A DNA stretch of 64,000 nucleotides, taken from NCBI GenBank assembly GCA_965237675.1, contig OZ250150.1, positions 2,464,001-2,528,000 on the forward strand, given 5' to 3'. The DNA is from Candidatus Latescibacterota bacterium. Lineage in GTDB: Bacteria; Latescibacterota; UBA2968; GCA-2709665. This document shows, piece by piece, positions 48,311 through 59,602 of this stretch. The notes under the pieces were generated by a model that saw only the letters and a program-made list of their open reading frames with translations, made no database searches and was not told the origin of the DNA. The position numbers and the translations under genes were made by a program. Each line of letters begins with the position of its first letter. Within the stretch, counting starts at the first letter, position 1.

Positions 48311-49678
48311 TCAGGCGGGGCCGGTTACGGCTCGAATGGATTCGCAGGCGATATCCATCAGTTTTTCGAGATCGCCGCTGGAGATAGCAAGGGGTGGCAT
48401 GAGCACGATGGTATCGCCGAGCGGGCGGATGAGGAGGCCCCGTTTTCGGGCTTCGCCGCAGACACGGACGCCGACCCGGTCCCCCGGAGGATAGGGACGG
48501 CGGCAGGATTTATCGGCAACCAGTTCGATCCCGGCAATAAAGCCGCACTGCCGCACGTCGCCCGCGTGGGCGAGGGGCTCGAAACGGGCGAGTCGGCGCG
48601 CGAGGAGATCGATCTTGGGCCGCAGGGACGCGAGCACGTTCTGGCTTTCAAAGCGCTCGATGGCGGCCAGGGCCGCGGCGCAGCCGAGGGGATTGCCCGT
48701 GTACGTGTGGCCGTGGAAAAACGTCCTGCCTTCGGTGTCGTCGCCCAGAAAGGCATCGAAGATGTCACTGGTGGCCAGTGTGACGGCCACGGGAAGGTAT
48801 CCGCCGGTGATGCCCTTGCCCAGGCAGAGGATGTCCGGCGCCACGTCTTCTTTCTCGCAGGCGAACATGGCCCCGGTGCGGCCGAAACCGGTGGCGATTT
48901 CGTCGGCGATAAGCAGGACGTCGTGCGCCCTGCAGAGGTCGGCGATCCCCTTCAGATAGCCTTCCGGATGAACCAGCATACCACCCGCGCCCTGGATGAG
49001 CGGTTCGACAATGAAGGCGGCGATGCGGTGCGCGTCCCGCCTGAGGATGTCTTCCGCCGCCCGGAGGCAGCCCTGGCTGCAGCCGGCGTCTCTGTTGCAG
49101 AACCCGCATCGGTAGGGGTGAGGCGCGGGCGCGTTCAGCGAAGGGAAGAGGAGGGGGCCGTAGGTCTCGTGGAAGAGATCGATGTTGCCGACGCTCATCG
49201 CGCCGATGGTGTCGCCGTGATAGCTCCGGGCGAGGCTGAGGAAGGTTGTTTTTTCGGGTCGCGGATCCGGCTTCTGTCGCCAGTACTGGAAGGCGATCTT
49301 GAGGGCGATTTCCACGGCGCAGGCGCCGGTGTCCGAGTAGAACACGTGGCTGAGCCCGGCCGGGGTGATTTCCACGAGTTTTTCGGCCAGCCTGATCGCG
49401 GGTATGTTGGAAAGACCGAGGAGCGTGCTGTGGGCGACCTGGTCCAGCTGCCTGCGTATGGCGGCGTCGATTTCCCCGACACGGTGGCCATGGACGTTGC
49501 ACCACATGGACGAATAGCCGTCGAGGTACCGGTTACCGTCGATGTCCTCCAGGTAGACGCCGTCCCCGCGCGCGATGACAATGGGGTCCTCGCGTGCGTA
49601 CGTGCGCATCTGGGTGAACGGGTGCCAGACGATGCGGCGGTCCAGGTCTTTGAGGCGGGCCTTGTCTTCGGGGGACAT
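48311..49678 (-). CDS. bioA: 7,8-diaminononanoate (DAPA) aminotransferase
   Basis: VWHPFTQM, YLDGYSSMWCNVHGH, YHGDTIG, EPLIQGAGGM, DEIATGFGRTG, LGKGITGG, HGHTYTGNP; adjacent to bioD. Confidence 0.95.
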   Translation of the reverse strand: MSPEDKARLKDLDRRIVWHPFTQMRTYAREDPIVIARGDGVYLEDIDGNRYLDGYSSMWCNVHGHRVGEIDAAIRRQLDQVAHSTLLGLSNIPAIRLAEKLVEITPAGLSHVFYSDTGACAVEIALKIAFQYWRQKPDPRPEKTTFLSLARSYHGDTIGAMSVGNIDLFHETYGPLLFPSLNAPAPHPYRCGFCNRDAGCSQGCLRAAEDILRRDAHRIAAFIVEPLIQGAGGMLVHPEGYLKGIADLCRAHDVLLIADEIATGFGRTGAMFACEKEDVAPDILCLGKGITGGYLPVAVTLATSDIFDAFLGDDTEGRTFFHGHTYTGNPLGCAAALAAIERFESQNVLASLRPKIDLLARRLARFEPLAHAGDVRQCGFIAGIELVADKSCRRPYPPGDRVGVRVCGEARKRGLLIRPLGDTIVLMPPLAISSGDLEKLMDIACESIRAVTGPA

Positions 49679-49776
49679 GATCGCGTGAACGGGGATTCGG
49701 GGATAGGCAGCCGCGCATTGGCACGGCCTCCAGGGCTGACGCAGCGGCGGATTCCGGGGGAATTGGGCTATTGCCT

Positions 49777-50700
49777 CTACGCGCCGATGCTCTCCAGAGT
49801 TTTTCGTGACATCTTGCAGACCATCGTGTACGCGGGATCGTAGACGTTGCCCACGTCGTATTCCACGGCCTGGCCCATGAGGATGTGAATGGATCGGGCA
49901 TCCAGGCCGTAGTCGTCCCGGAGGAAGCGGATCAGTTCGGTGGTGGCGTGTTGGGTTGCCTGGTCGAGCGGGCGCGCGTTTCCGACGGCCATTACGTGGG
50001 TTTCGTTGATCGCCCGCGGCCAGTGGATGGTTTTGCCCTTGAAGAGGCGCAGGGTGAAGGTGACATCGAAGGAGATTTCGATCCCGGTGCCGACGATTTC
50101 GCCGTCGCCCTGCACGGCGTGGCCGTCGCCGATGTGGAACAGGCCTCCGTCGACGAAAACGGGAAAGTACACGGTAACGCCCTGGACAAATTCCTTATAG
50201 TCCATGTTGCCGCCGTGGGTGTCGGACGTGGCGGTGGAAATGGCCTGGCCTCGCGGCGGTGCCACACCGAAGCAGCCCACCATCGGTCGGAGCGGGATTC
50301 GGAGCCTTCCTATGGGAAGGTCTTCAAATCCGATGGGGGTGGCGGTGTTGTCTTCGAAGTCGATTTCCCACTCGAGGCGGTTCCGGTCGTCGTCGAATTC
50401 GGGCCTGTAACCGAGGTCCAGCACGTTGGCGGCGATAACGCCCGACGTGAAGCCGATTTTCCGATTGGGCGCCAGTTTGTCGAAGGTAACGGCCAGCGTG
50501 TCGCCGGGTTCGGCGCTTTCCACGTAGAAGGGGCCCGTCTGGGGATTGCCGCCGGGAGTGACCGGTTGGCCCGTGGCGTCACTTCCGCCTGCGTCCACGG
50601 TGGTGGTTGTGATGGTGTCGCCGCTGGCGACGTGCAGCACCGGGTCGTGCGCGCCGATGGCCGTGTGGTAGGTTTCCGGGACGAAGCGATGGTGAGCCAT
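49777..50700 (-). CDS. Acetamidase/formamidase family protein
   Basis: NPQTGPFYVESAEPGD, PMVGCFGVAP, HGGNMD, GDGHAVQGDGEIVGTGIE. Confidence 0.9.
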   Translation of the reverse strand: MAHHRFVPETYHTAIGAHDPVLHVASGDTITTTTVDAGGSDATGQPVTPGGNPQTGPFYVESAEPGDTLAVTFDKLAPNRKIGFTSGVIAANVLDLGYRPEFDDDRNRLEWEIDFEDNTATPIGFEDLPIGRLRIPLRPMVGCFGVAPPRGQAISTATSDTHGGNMDYKEFVQGVTVYFPVFVDGGLFHIGDGHAVQGDGEIVGTGIEISFDVTFTLRLFKGKTIHWPRAINETHVMAVGNARPLDQATQHATTELIRFLRDDYGLDARSIHILMGQAVEYDVGNVYDPAYTMVCKMSRKTLESIGA

Positions 50701-50795
50701 GGATACCCCTCTAAAGAAAGTGCGAGTGAGGTGGCGGGGCGATCGGCGGAAAAAGCCGGGACGTTCCGGCGGGACGCCCGGTTTCAGCGAAATCG

Positions 50796-51719
50796 CTAAT
50801 GTTGCACTGCAATCATCCGGAGTTCCGAGGGCGCATTCCATGCGGATGTCCAGGTGAGGCCACGATCCTGGCTACCATAAAGGGTGGCGTCCACGACCGA
50901 CCAGGCGTGGCCGTCGGGGGTGAAGGCAATCTGGAAGGTGTCGATGTTTCCCGTCGTGGTTTCGGGGAATCCGTCTGTGACGTGTGACCAGGCGCGGCCG
51001 GCGTTATCGGTCCGGTAGAGTTGCCCCTGGGCGTCCCCGTGGGGCCCGGTGCTGACCGTGGCAAGAATGCAATCCGGTTCTTCCGGGTGCACGGCAATGG
51101 CCCTGCCGTAGAAATAGGGAAAGCCCTCGGGGCGGTGTTGCCAGGATCTCCCGCGGTCGTGGCTGAGATACACGGCCCGGGCCGTGTTCGCGTAAACCCG
51201 GTCGTCTTCCCGGGGCGAGGTGGCGACCTGATGAACGTCCTGGTGCAGGTCCGGGGTGACGGGTTCCCAGGTTCCGCCCTGGTCCGGAGACCGCATGATG
51301 CTGCCCACGTGAATGTCGGCATAGACCCAGCCGTCTCCCGTGCAGGCCATGCTTCGGACGGCCGCCGGGCCACCCCAGGGGGTGTACCACTCCGGGCGAC
51401 ACTCGAGCCTGTCAAAGGACGCCAGGCGTTCGGCTCTGTCGTCCGTCACGGCGTGGATATGCGGACCTTCCACGCCCACGAGAAAACGCACCGGTTCTTC
51501 TTCCAGGATGAGCAGACACTCGATCGGGTCCTGGATGCCGGTGGTGAGGGTTCGCGAGCCGTTCCGCGTGAGTACGGCGACCTCCCCGTCTTTCAACGCC
51601 GCAAGGCCAATGGTTTGTCCTTGCGCAATCGCCTGGACGTCGCCGTTTTCCAGAACGGGTTGCGGTACGGCGCGATCTCCATTCAGCGAATACACGGTTT
51701 CCCGGGTGGCGATCAGCAT
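50796..51719 (-). CDS. BNR/Asp-box repeat beta-propeller protein
   Basis: Asp-boxes RSPDQGGTW, LSHDRGRSW, RTDNAGRAW, GSQDRGLTW; WYTPWGGPAAVRS; GAGGAG RBS. Confidence 0.8.
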   Translation of the reverse strand: MLIATRETVYSLNGDRAVPQPVLENGDVQAIAQGQTIGLAALKDGEVAVLTRNGSRTLTTGIQDPIECLLILEEEPVRFLVGVEGPHIHAVTDDRAERLASFDRLECRPEWYTPWGGPAAVRSMACTGDGWVYADIHVGSIMRSPDQGGTWEPVTPDLHQDVHQVATSPREDDRVYANTARAVYLSHDRGRSWQHRPEGFPYFYGRAIAVHPEEPDCILATVSTGPHGDAQGQLYRTDNAGRAWSHVTDGFPETTTGNIDTFQIAFTPDGHAWSVVDATLYGSQDRGLTWTSAWNAPSELRMIAVQH

Positions 51720-51801
51720 ATCGACTCCTCTCGCGCAGCGTGTTGTCCGGCCGGATTCGGTCCCCGCCGGAATCCATTGAAGCAATAACGAGGCAGGGGC
51801 C

Positions 51802-52866
51802 TCAAAAGTAGCGGATATCCCGGCCGCCGTCCGGTAACGGCAGGTCGACCGCGCGGTGTTCCGCCGCGGCGCGATTCCACGCCAGGCACAGTTCCAGCAC
51901 GTTTCGTGCGTGCTCGGGCGTTACCTCCAGCGGATGGTCGTCGAGAGCGGTGCGGGCGAAGCGCTCGACGGCGTCGTCGATGGTATCGTTCTGCGCTCGG
52001 TAGAAAACACGGGGAGCGCCGCTGTCGTCTTTGTGCCAGATAATGCCTTCCATGGCATCCAGGTGCGCGCGGGCAATGCCGTTGGCGCCCACAACTTCCA
52101 TTTCCCAGGCCGGTGCACCGCAATTGACGTTGAAGATAATGTCCATCGAGCCCATACGGCCGTCTTCGAAACGGACGGTGCCTTTGCCCGTATCCATCCA
52201 GATGCTGTGCGGCGTGGCCAGGTTGTCGTATTCGGCATAGGCGCGGGCCGCCGGTGAATCGATGAGCCAGAGCAGCATGTCCGCGGCGTAGAAGCCCAGT
52301 GAAAGCCCGATGCCGCCCTGTCCGGGTCCGAATTCGCCGCTGCCGTCAAAGACCGTTCCGGGGCCGAAACAACCGTGTTGAATCCAGGCCCGTGTGGTGA
52401 TGACGCGCCCGACGGCCCCTTCCTGCACCCGTGTTCCCATCGCGCGGATGGCGCCGTCTTCCCGTCCGGGCATCAGGGCTGAGAGCAGGACGTTGTTGCG
52501 ACCGGCCGCGTCGATCATGGCGTCGGCGCCGGCAAGGGTCATACACATCGGTTTGCTGATGAAGACGTGGGCGCCCGCGTCCATCGCGTACACGGCCTGC
52601 TGAGGTTTCAGGTCGTCCTGGCACGTCATAAAAACCAGGTCGAGGGATTCGGCGTGAACCATCTCCGACACCGCGGAATACGCCCGGATGCCGTATTGGG
52701 CGCCAAACGCCTCCCTGGACTTCATCCCGAGCCTGCGCAATGTCTCGTCGTTCTGATCCAGATGCGCGTACGCCGCCAGTTCGATATCGCGGTTCCGTAT
52801 CGCGGATCGTGCAAACGCGTTCGAGTAGAAGGATCCGACGCCGCACACGCCCGCTTTCAGTGACAT
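51802..52866 (-). CDS. Gfo/Idh/MocA family oxidoreductase
   Basis: KAGVCGVG Rossmann motif, GAHVFISKPM, typical C-terminal domain. Confidence 0.85.
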   Translation of the reverse strand: MSLKAGVCGVGSFYSNAFARSAIRNRDIELAAYAHLDQNDETLRRLGMKSREAFGAQYGIRAYSAVSEMVHAESLDLVFMTCQDDLKPQQAVYAMDAGAHVFISKPMCMTLAGADAMIDAAGRNNVLLSALMPGREDGAIRAMGTRVQEGAVGRVITTRAWIQHGCFGPGTVFDGSGEFGPGQGGIGLSLGFYAADMLLWLIDSPAARAYAEYDNLATPHSIWMDTGKGTVRFEDGRMGSMDIIFNVNCGAPAWEMEVVGANGIARAHLDAMEGIIWHKDDSGAPRVFYRAQNDTIDDAVERFARTALDDHPLEVTPEHARNVLELCLAWNRAAAEHRAVDLPLPDGGRDIRYF

Positions 52867-53143
52867 AGTTTCCGGTTTCCTGTCAATTTCGTCCTGGAGA
52901 TGAATGGCGTCGATTCTCGGGATGGATACCCTGCGAATCCTATCTTGCGCCACGTGCCTGCGCTGGGGCTTACGCGTGGGTATTCATGGCAAAAACCGGG
53001 GCATTGTCAAGCGCAATCGTCGACGGTACAGTCAGGTTATCCGAACAACCGCCCGCCGGCGTTGCCTCGGCGGGCAGCGGATCGCAGGGATGTGGCCGGG
53101 ACTGCAGGGGATTTGCTGGAATCAAATACGAATGGGAGGCGGA

Positions 53144-54586
53144 ATGAGCCCCGGTGAAACCGGAATTCGGTTGGAAATAGGGGATGGGCCCCGGTCTCGG
53201 ACCGTCCATCCGTGGGCGATTCGGGATCTCGATAATCGCCTGTGCGAGATCCAGAAGCTGTTCTCGCGGGAACAGTCGCTCTCGCCGGAAGTCCTCGCGA
53301 CGTACAATCGCGCCTGGACGCGCAGCCATCTGCAGGATGGGGATCTCAGACAGGTGGTCGGCCTCGCGGATCGCGCGCGGGAGGAATTCGCCGCGCTGGT
53401 CACGATCGGCATTGGCGGGTCCGACCTGAGCGCCCGGGTCTTTCACGACGTGCTCAACCCCGCCTATCACAATCTCCTGTCCGCGGATGAACGAGGCGGG
53501 GCGCCGGAAGTCTACTTCGCGGGGGATACGTTCGATCCGCGACGGCTGCGGGCTCTGTTGCACATGCTGACCCGGCGCGGGATAATGGACCGCACCCTGT
53601 TCAACGTGATCAGCAAATCCGGGCGCACGGGCGAGACCATCAGTGCGTTGATGGTCGTACGGGACTGGCTGTCGCGGCACCCGCCACCGGGCGGGAATGA
53701 CTGGTGTAGCTACGTTATAGCTACAACCGGATCGGACGCCCGTAGCGCTTTGTTTGAACTGCACGGGCAACAGCGCTTCTACGGCGACGCGCTGTTGCCC
53801 GTGCCGGAGGGTGTCGGAGGCAGGTTTTCGGCGTTTTCACCGGTGGGGACGTTCTTTCTGGCGATGACAGCCGGAACGGGGACATCCCCGGGAACTCGGG
53901 TACGGGAGTTGATGGACGGGGCACGTTGGGCGGACGCGCACTGGGGCCTGCCCTGGCAGGACGAGCGAAACATCGCCTATCGCCTCGCCCGGTGGCTGCA
54001 TCTCCAGGAGCGGTGCGGTGGGAAGCAGGCGCTGGTCTTCTACAATTACGCGGACAATCACCGCCCGGGAGACTGGTTCCAGCAGCTGTACGACGAGTCG
54101 CTTCAGGAGCGCGGAGGCGGCCTCCACGTCGTTCCTGCAATCGGACCCGCGGGCAACCATTCCGTCCTGAACGGGATTGTTGGCGGTCGTTCGGACCGAG
54201 CCGTTCTGTTCGTGCACTGGCAGAACCTGGGAGCCGAGGTGGGCATTCCCGAAGGAACGGGTATCGGTGGCGAGATGGAGGCGTTCGGCGGGCTCCGGAT
54301 GAGCCAGGCGCAGTCCGCGTCGTACTTCGGCACGGCGCTGGACTTTTCCGCTCGCGGGATTCCGAACGCGACGCTGCACGTGACCCGACGGGACGAGAGG
54401 CACCTGGGCGCTCTGATGCGCGTCCTGATGGATACGGTTGCGGTGAAGGGGCGGCTGCAGGGCCTGCACGTCAACGATGCCGGGGAAGTCGATCCCGCAG
54501 GCGACCTGACGTATTCGCAGGACGGGGTGGAAGGATATAAGCGGCGAACGCGCGAACAGGCGCTTCATGTCAAATCCCAACGCTGA
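53144..54586 (+). CDS. pgi: Divergent glucose-6-phosphate isomerase family protein
   Basis: IGIGGS, VISKSGRTGET, VPEGVGGRFSAFSPVG, QQLYDES, GNHS, QDGVEGYK; GGAGG RBS. Confidence 0.75.
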   Translation: MSPGETGIRLEIGDGPRSRTVHPWAIRDLDNRLCEIQKLFSREQSLSPEVLATYNRAWTRSHLQDGDLRQVVGLADRAREEFAALVTIGIGGSDLSARVFHDVLNPAYHNLLSADERGGAPEVYFAGDTFDPRRLRALLHMLTRRGIMDRTLFNVISKSGRTGETISALMVVRDWLSRHPPPGGNDWCSYVIATTGSDARSALFELHGQQRFYGDALLPVPEGVGGRFSAFSPVGTFFLAMTAGTGTSPGTRVRELMDGARWADAHWGLPWQDERNIAYRLARWLHLQERCGGKQALVFYNYADNHRPGDWFQQLYDESLQERGGGLHVVPAIGPAGNHSVLNGIVGGRSDRAVLFVHWQNLGAEVGIPEGTGIGGEMEAFGGLRMSQAQSASYFGTALDFSARGIPNATLHVTRRDERHLGALMRVLMDTVAVKGRLQGLHVNDAGEVDPAGDLTYSQDGVEGYKRRTREQALHVKSQR

Positions 54587-54715
54587 GCCGGCGGCGCGGA
54601 AAGGAAGAAGCCTTGCCGAAATGCCGGGGCCGGGCTTCTTGTTGTGTCGCCCTTTCGATCTGATTATCTTGACGGCACACACGGGGTTTATCAAAAGGAA
54701 AAAAGGAGCGGAACA

Positions 54716-56896
54716 ATGGTGGTTGAGATCGGCGGCTTGAGGGTCGAAGAGATCCTGTACAATCTGGTCAGAGATGAGATTGCGCCGGGTACGGAAGTGG
54801 ATCCCGATACTTTCTGGACGTCGCTGGGAGAGATCGTGCGGGACCTGGGCGCCACGAATCGGGAGTTACTGAAACGGCGGGACGTTCTTCAGGAGAAGAT
54901 GGACGCCTGGTACCGGGCGCGGAAGGGCCGTCCGGCAGACCCGGAAGAGTACCGGGCGTTTTTGACGGAAATCGGCTATCTGGTACCGGAGGGGGACCAT
55001 TTTGAATTGACCACGGCCCATGTGGATCCGGAAATCGCAAGCGTGGCCGGACCTCAACTCGTGGTGCCGGTGGATAACGCCCGGTATGCGCTGAATGCGG
55101 CCAACGCGCGGTGGGGAAGCCTGTACGACGCCCTATATGGGACGGACGTGATTCCCGAGGGTCCCGGCGCCGGGAAGGGCGAAAGCTACAATCCGGCCCG
55201 GGGGGAACGGGTGATTGCCTCGGCCGAGGCGTTTCTGGACAAGGCTGCGGGTCTGGCTTCGGGTCGGTTCTCGGAGGCCACGGGTTTTGACCTGGAGGAC
55301 GTGGACGGTGTCAAGCGACTCGTTGTGACGTTGGGAGGGGGCCGCCAGACTGGCCTGGCGAATCCCGGACAGTTCCGCGGATATCGGCTGGACGACGGCG
55401 AACTGGCAGGTGTGTTGCTTGAGAACAACGGGCTGCATATCGAGATTCAGATCGACCGGAGCCATCCCGTGGGCGCCGCGCATCCGGCTGGTGTCAAGGA
55501 CGTGGTGATGGAGGCTGCGGTGACAACCATCCAGGATTGCGAGGATTCCGTTTCGGCCGTGGACGCGGAGGATAAGGCGCGTGTGTACGGGAATTGGAAC
55601 GGCATCATGCGGGGGACGCTGGAGGCGATCTTCGAGAAGGGCGGACGGGAGATGACGCGGCGGCTGAACCCGGACCGGACGTTCACGTCGCCCGATGGAG
55701 AGACCCTGACCCTGGCCGGACGCAGCCTCCTTCTGGTGCGAAACGTTGGCATTCATATGTACACCGATTCTGTGACCACCAGCGATGGGGAGGAGATTCC
55801 CGAGGGGTTTCTGGACGCGATGGTGACGGCGCTTGCGGCCAAACACGATCTGGGGCGACAGGGCGAATTCGTCAACAGCCGTGCGGCAAGCATCTATATT
55901 GTGAAGCCGAAACTGCACGGCCCGGAGGAGGTGTCGGCAACTGTCGCCCTGTTCCAGCGCGTGGAATCCGCCCTGGGACTCGAGCGAAATACAATCAAGA
56001 TCGGCATCATGGACGAAGAGCGAAGAACCACGGTGAATCTGAAGGCGGCGATCGGAGAGGCAAGAGAGCGGGTGGTGTTTATCAATACCGGCTTTCTCGA
56101 CCGCACCGGGGACGAGATCCATACGGGCATGGAAGCCGGCGCAATGTTTCCCAAGGCGGAAATCAGGGCGCAGCCCTGGCTTGCGGCGTACGAGGATTGG
56201 AACGTGGACGTGGGGGTGGAAACCGGGTTCAGCGGCCGCGGCCAGATCGGGAAGGGGATGTGGACGATGCCGGATGAGATGCGTGACATGGTGGCGACAA
56301 AGATCGGGCATCCGGAAGCGGGGGCGAGTACGGCGTGGGTGCCATCCCCCACGGCGGCGGTTCTGCACGCGATGCACTACCATCGCGTGGACGTGGCGGC
56401 GAGGCAGGCGGAACTGGCCCGGCGGGAGCGGGCGAGTCTGGAGGCGATTCTGACGCCGCCGCTGCTGGACAGGGCGTTGACGGCCGATGAGATTCAGCGC
56501 GAACTGGACAACAACGTCCAGGGGATACTGGGTTACGTGGTGCGGTGGGTCGACCAGGGTGTGGGTTGCTCGAAGGTGCCGGATATCAACGACGTGGGAC
56601 TGATGGAGGACCGGGCGACGCTGCGCATTTCCAGCCAGCATATCGCCAACTGGCTGCATCACGGGATCGTGAGCGAAGCGCAGGTGCGGGCGGCGTTCGA
56701 GAGAATGGCCGGAATGGTGGACGAGCAGAACAGCGGGGATCCGGACTATCGGAACATGGCGCCCGACTTCGAGCGAAGCGTCGCATTTCAGGCCGCGCTG
56801 GACCTGGTTTTCGAAGGCAGGGCGGAGCCGAACGGCTATACCGAACGCGTGTTGCACCTGCGGCGCAGCGAGGTCAAAAAAAGCGGTGAGAGGTAA
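54716..56896 (+). CDS. glcB: Malate synthase G
   Basis: [87 protein letters not shown]. Confidence 0.97.
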   Translation: MVVEIGGLRVEEILYNLVRDEIAPGTEVDPDTFWTSLGEIVRDLGATNRELLKRRDVLQEKMDAWYRARKGRPADPEEYRAFLTEIGYLVPEGDHFELTTAHVDPEIASVAGPQLVVPVDNARYALNAANARWGSLYDALYGTDVIPEGPGAGKGESYNPARGERVIASAEAFLDKAAGLASGRFSEATGFDLEDVDGVKRLVVTLGGGRQTGLANPGQFRGYRLDDGELAGVLLENNGLHIEIQIDRSHPVGAAHPAGVKDVVMEAAVTTIQDCEDSVSAVDAEDKARVYGNWNGIMRGTLEAIFEKGGREMTRRLNPDRTFTSPDGETLTLAGRSLLLVRNVGIHMYTDSVTTSDGEEIPEGFLDAMVTALAAKHDLGRQGEFVNSRAASIYIVKPKLHGPEEVSATVALFQRVESALGLERNTIKIGIMDEERRTTVNLKAAIGEARERVVFINTGFLDRTGDEIHTGMEAGAMFPKAEIRAQPWLAAYEDWNVDVGVETGFSGRGQIGKGMWTMPDEMRDMVATKIGHPEAGASTAWVPSPTAAVLHAMHYHRVDVAARQAELARRERASLEAILTPPLLDRALTADEIQRELDNNVQGILGYVVRWVDQGVGCSKVPDINDVGLMEDRATLRISSQHIANWLHHGIVSEAQVRAAFERMAGMVDEQNSGDPDYRNMAPDFERSVAFQAALDLVFEGRAEPNGYTERVLHLRRSEVKKSGER

Positions 56897-57290
56897 GAGG
56901 TGAGAGGAAAGAAGAAAAAAAGCGGTTAGTGATCAGCAACAACAGCTATCAGCGGTCAGCAATCGGCTGAAACCGGTTAGCGTTACGGCCTGGCGATATC
57001 AATTCGCGGATGCCCGGATTTTGTAGGGGCGGTTCGCGAACCGCCCGCCTTGTGGCCCTTCAAGTTTGTCCTCGGGCCCCGCGGCGTATGAGCGGCGCCG
57101 TTCTTCAAAAACCGTTAGAGGCGAGACGTGAGAAGTAAGAGGTCCACACCGCACCCCCAAACCTTATGACATCCTTTTTGTTCCCCAGCCGAATCGTTTC
57201 TCGATTCCCGTAAGCGGGAATCCGAATGTGGGAGTGTCATCCGACATAGTTACCAACCCCTTCTCACGTCTTCCCTCTTGCCTCTCACGG
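56886..57290. repeat. Composite intergenic repeat region
   Basis: Purine-rich heptamers (GTGAGAG/GTAAGAG at 56886-56915 and 57113-57142, inverted at 57260-57290), AGCnnTC heptamers (~56925-56968), the 90-bp repeat with GTAG-REP (56970-57060) and the hairpin GATTCCCG-TAAG-CGGGAATC (~57203-57222). Confidence 0.75.
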
Positions 57291-57356
57291 CTTAATGTTA
57301 GTCCATTGACTTTTCCTCAACTAATATTAACTTTGGAACGGGTCGTTTTGACACAG

Positions 57357-57371
57357 TGTCGCAGTGCGACA
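57357..57371. promoter_or_regulatory. Perfect palindrome upstream of the Mo-hydroxylase operon, possible operator
   Basis: TGTCGCA-G-TGCGACA about 24 bp before the ATG, just upstream of the AAGGAGG RBS. Confidence 0.35.
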
Positions 57372-57394
57372 ATCGAAAATAAGGAGGGCAGGAT

Positions 57395-59581
57395 ATGCAA
57401 GCCCCAGGCGAGTTGAAATCCGTAGGGAAACGCGTGGCCAGGCTGAACGGGCCGGATATCGTGACGGGGCGGATTCAGTATGCCGACGATATCCAGCTTC
57501 CTGGCATGTTATACGGCCGCATCCTGCGCAGCCCGCACGGTCACGCACGCATTCGGAAGATCGATACATCCGGAGCCAGGGCGCTGCCCGGGGTGGTGGA
57601 CGTGGTGTGCGGCCGAGACGTGCCGGAACTATCGATTTTCGAATCTGAAGAAGTCTGCTACCAGGGCCAGAAGGTGGCGGCGGTGGCCGCCGTGGATCCG
57701 GACATCGCCGAGGACGCTATTGCCTTGATCGAGGTGGACTACGAGGTATTGCCCGCCGTGGTGGATCCCGTGGACGCCATGGACCCGGACGCTCCGGAGG
57801 CCGTCCTGGGGGCGCCCACAAAGGATGTGCGAGATTCGGACGGGCGCAGATTGCGGAATGTGACAGCCTGCAATGTGTTGGAAGAGGGGGACGTCGACCG
57901 TGGTTTCGCGGACGCGGACGCGATCGTCGAGGCGGAGTATCAGGTACCCTTTTTCAATCAGACCTACATGGAGCCGAATGCCGCGACGGCGCGCGTGGAA
58001 GCTGACGGACGGCTTACCGTGTGGGCGGCCGGGCAGGGCACCTTCACAAAGAGGGAAGGCCTCGCGGAGGCGTTGAACCTGCCTGAGGGGCGGGTGCGGG
58101 TGATCATGACGGAAACCGGCGGCAGCTTCGGCGGGAAGAATCGGCTGAACATAGAAGCGCACGCGGCCCTGCTGGCCATGCGCACGGGCCGGCCGGTGAA
58201 GGTGACGATCAACCGCGGGGAGGATTTTCGCGACAGCCGGCCGGGGCCCGGATGCTGGGTGCGGTTGAAGACGGGGGCCCGCAAAGATGGGACGCTGACG
58301 GCCGTCGAAGGGCGGATCGTTTGGGACGGCGGGATCCTGGGCAGCGGCGGGGCGCCTAACCGGCTGCTGGGACCCTACAAGATTCCGAATGTCCGGTTGG
58401 AGGGAATGGCCGTGCGCACCAACAAACCGGGGCCGGGGGCGTACCGGGCTCCGGGAGGGCCGCAGACTGCGCTGGCCCGCGAGTCCAACCTGGATACGCT
58501 GGCACATAAGCTGGGGATCGACCCGGTAGAGATCCGGTTGAAGAACGGGTTGGGCAAGGGCGACCAGCCGCTGATACAGCACGACTGGCTGAAAGACACC
58601 GTCCGCAGAGCCGCCGAACGCGCGGGGTGGGGCCGGCGCGAACTGAAACCCAACCAGGGCATGGGAATCGCGGTGGGGGATTGGCACAACGCTTCCGGCC
58701 CGACCAACGCGTTCGTGACAATGGCCGCGGACGGATCCGTGGCCCTGGTGACCGGCCAGGTGGACATTACGGGCCTGCATACGGTGATGGCGCAGGTAGT
58801 GGCCGAGGAACTGGGTGTGCCGGTCGACAAGGTGACGGTAAGGCTGGGCGATACCGATACGGTGCCCTACGCATCCTTGAGCGCGGGAAGCAAGGCGGCC
58901 TATTCGGCGGGCACGGCCGCGCGGGAGGCGGCCCGCGAGGCCAGGGAGCAGTTGTTGCGTTTGGCCGCGGAGAAACTGGAAGCCGCCGTAGACGATCTGG
59001 TCATCGCCGATGAAAGGGTGCAGATCGTCGGTTCGCCGGAACATGCCGTCGGACTCGGCGAGTTGGCCGGCTACGCGATCGAAACCAGTGGCGCCGTAAA
59101 CGGCCGGTGCGTGCTGAGCCACGTTCCCACCTATCCCTCGTATTCGGTGAACGTCGCCACCGTGGAGGTGGATCCGGGCACGGGCCATGTGCGGCTGATC
59201 GATCTGGTGGCCGCTCAGGACGTGGGCAGGGCGCTCAACCCCATGCTGGTGGAGGGCCAGATGCAGGGCGGCGCCGTCCAGTCCATCGGTTTCGGACTGA
59301 TGGAGGGTTACCGGTATGACGAGAAGGGCCGGATGTTGAATCCCAACCTGCTGGATTACGCGATTCCGACGGCGCTGGACGTGCCGAACATCAAAACGGT
59401 GATGGTCGAAGATCCCTGCGAGCATGGGCCCTACGGGGGCAAGGGCGTGGGGGAGCCACCCATCATTCCCGGGGGCGCGGCGGTTGCCAATGCGATTTAC
59501 GATGCGGTTGGCGCCCGGGTCAGGGAACTGCCCATGACCCCGGAGCGGGTGGTGGCGGCACTATCGGCAATGGACAATTGA
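57395..59581 (+). CDS. Xanthine dehydrogenase/CoxL-family molybdopterin-binding large subunit
   Basis: VTGRIQYADD, LRSPHGHARI, YMEP, GGSFGGK, active-site loop GAYRAPG, GQMQGG, KGVGEP. Confidence 0.92.
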   Translation: MQAPGELKSVGKRVARLNGPDIVTGRIQYADDIQLPGMLYGRILRSPHGHARIRKIDTSGARALPGVVDVVCGRDVPELSIFESEEVCYQGQKVAAVAAVDPDIAEDAIALIEVDYEVLPAVVDPVDAMDPDAPEAVLGAPTKDVRDSDGRRLRNVTACNVLEEGDVDRGFADADAIVEAEYQVPFFNQTYMEPNAATARVEADGRLTVWAAGQGTFTKREGLAEALNLPEGRVRVIMTETGGSFGGKNRLNIEAHAALLAMRTGRPVKVTINRGEDFRDSRPGPGCWVRLKTGARKDGTLTAVEGRIVWDGGILGSGGAPNRLLGPYKIPNVRLEGMAVRTNKPGPGAYRAPGGPQTALARESNLDTLAHKLGIDPVEIRLKNGLGKGDQPLIQHDWLKDTVRRAAERAGWGRRELKPNQGMGIAVGDWHNASGPTNAFVTMAADGSVALVTGQVDITGLHTVMAQVVAEELGVPVDKVTVRLGDTDTVPYASLSAGSKAAYSAGTAAREAAREAREQLLRLAAEKLEAAVDDLVIADERVQIVGSPEHAVGLGELAGYAIETSGAVNGRCVLSHVPTYPSYSVNVATVEVDPGTGHVRLIDLVAAQDVGRALNPMLVEGQMQGGAVQSIGFGLMEGYRYDEKGRMLNPNLLDYAIPTALDVPNIKTVMVEDPCEHGPYGGKGVGEPPIIPGGAAVANAIYDAVGARVRELPMTPERVVAALSAMDN

Positions 59582-59602
59582 TTGGCAAGGGAGGCCGCGG
59601 CT

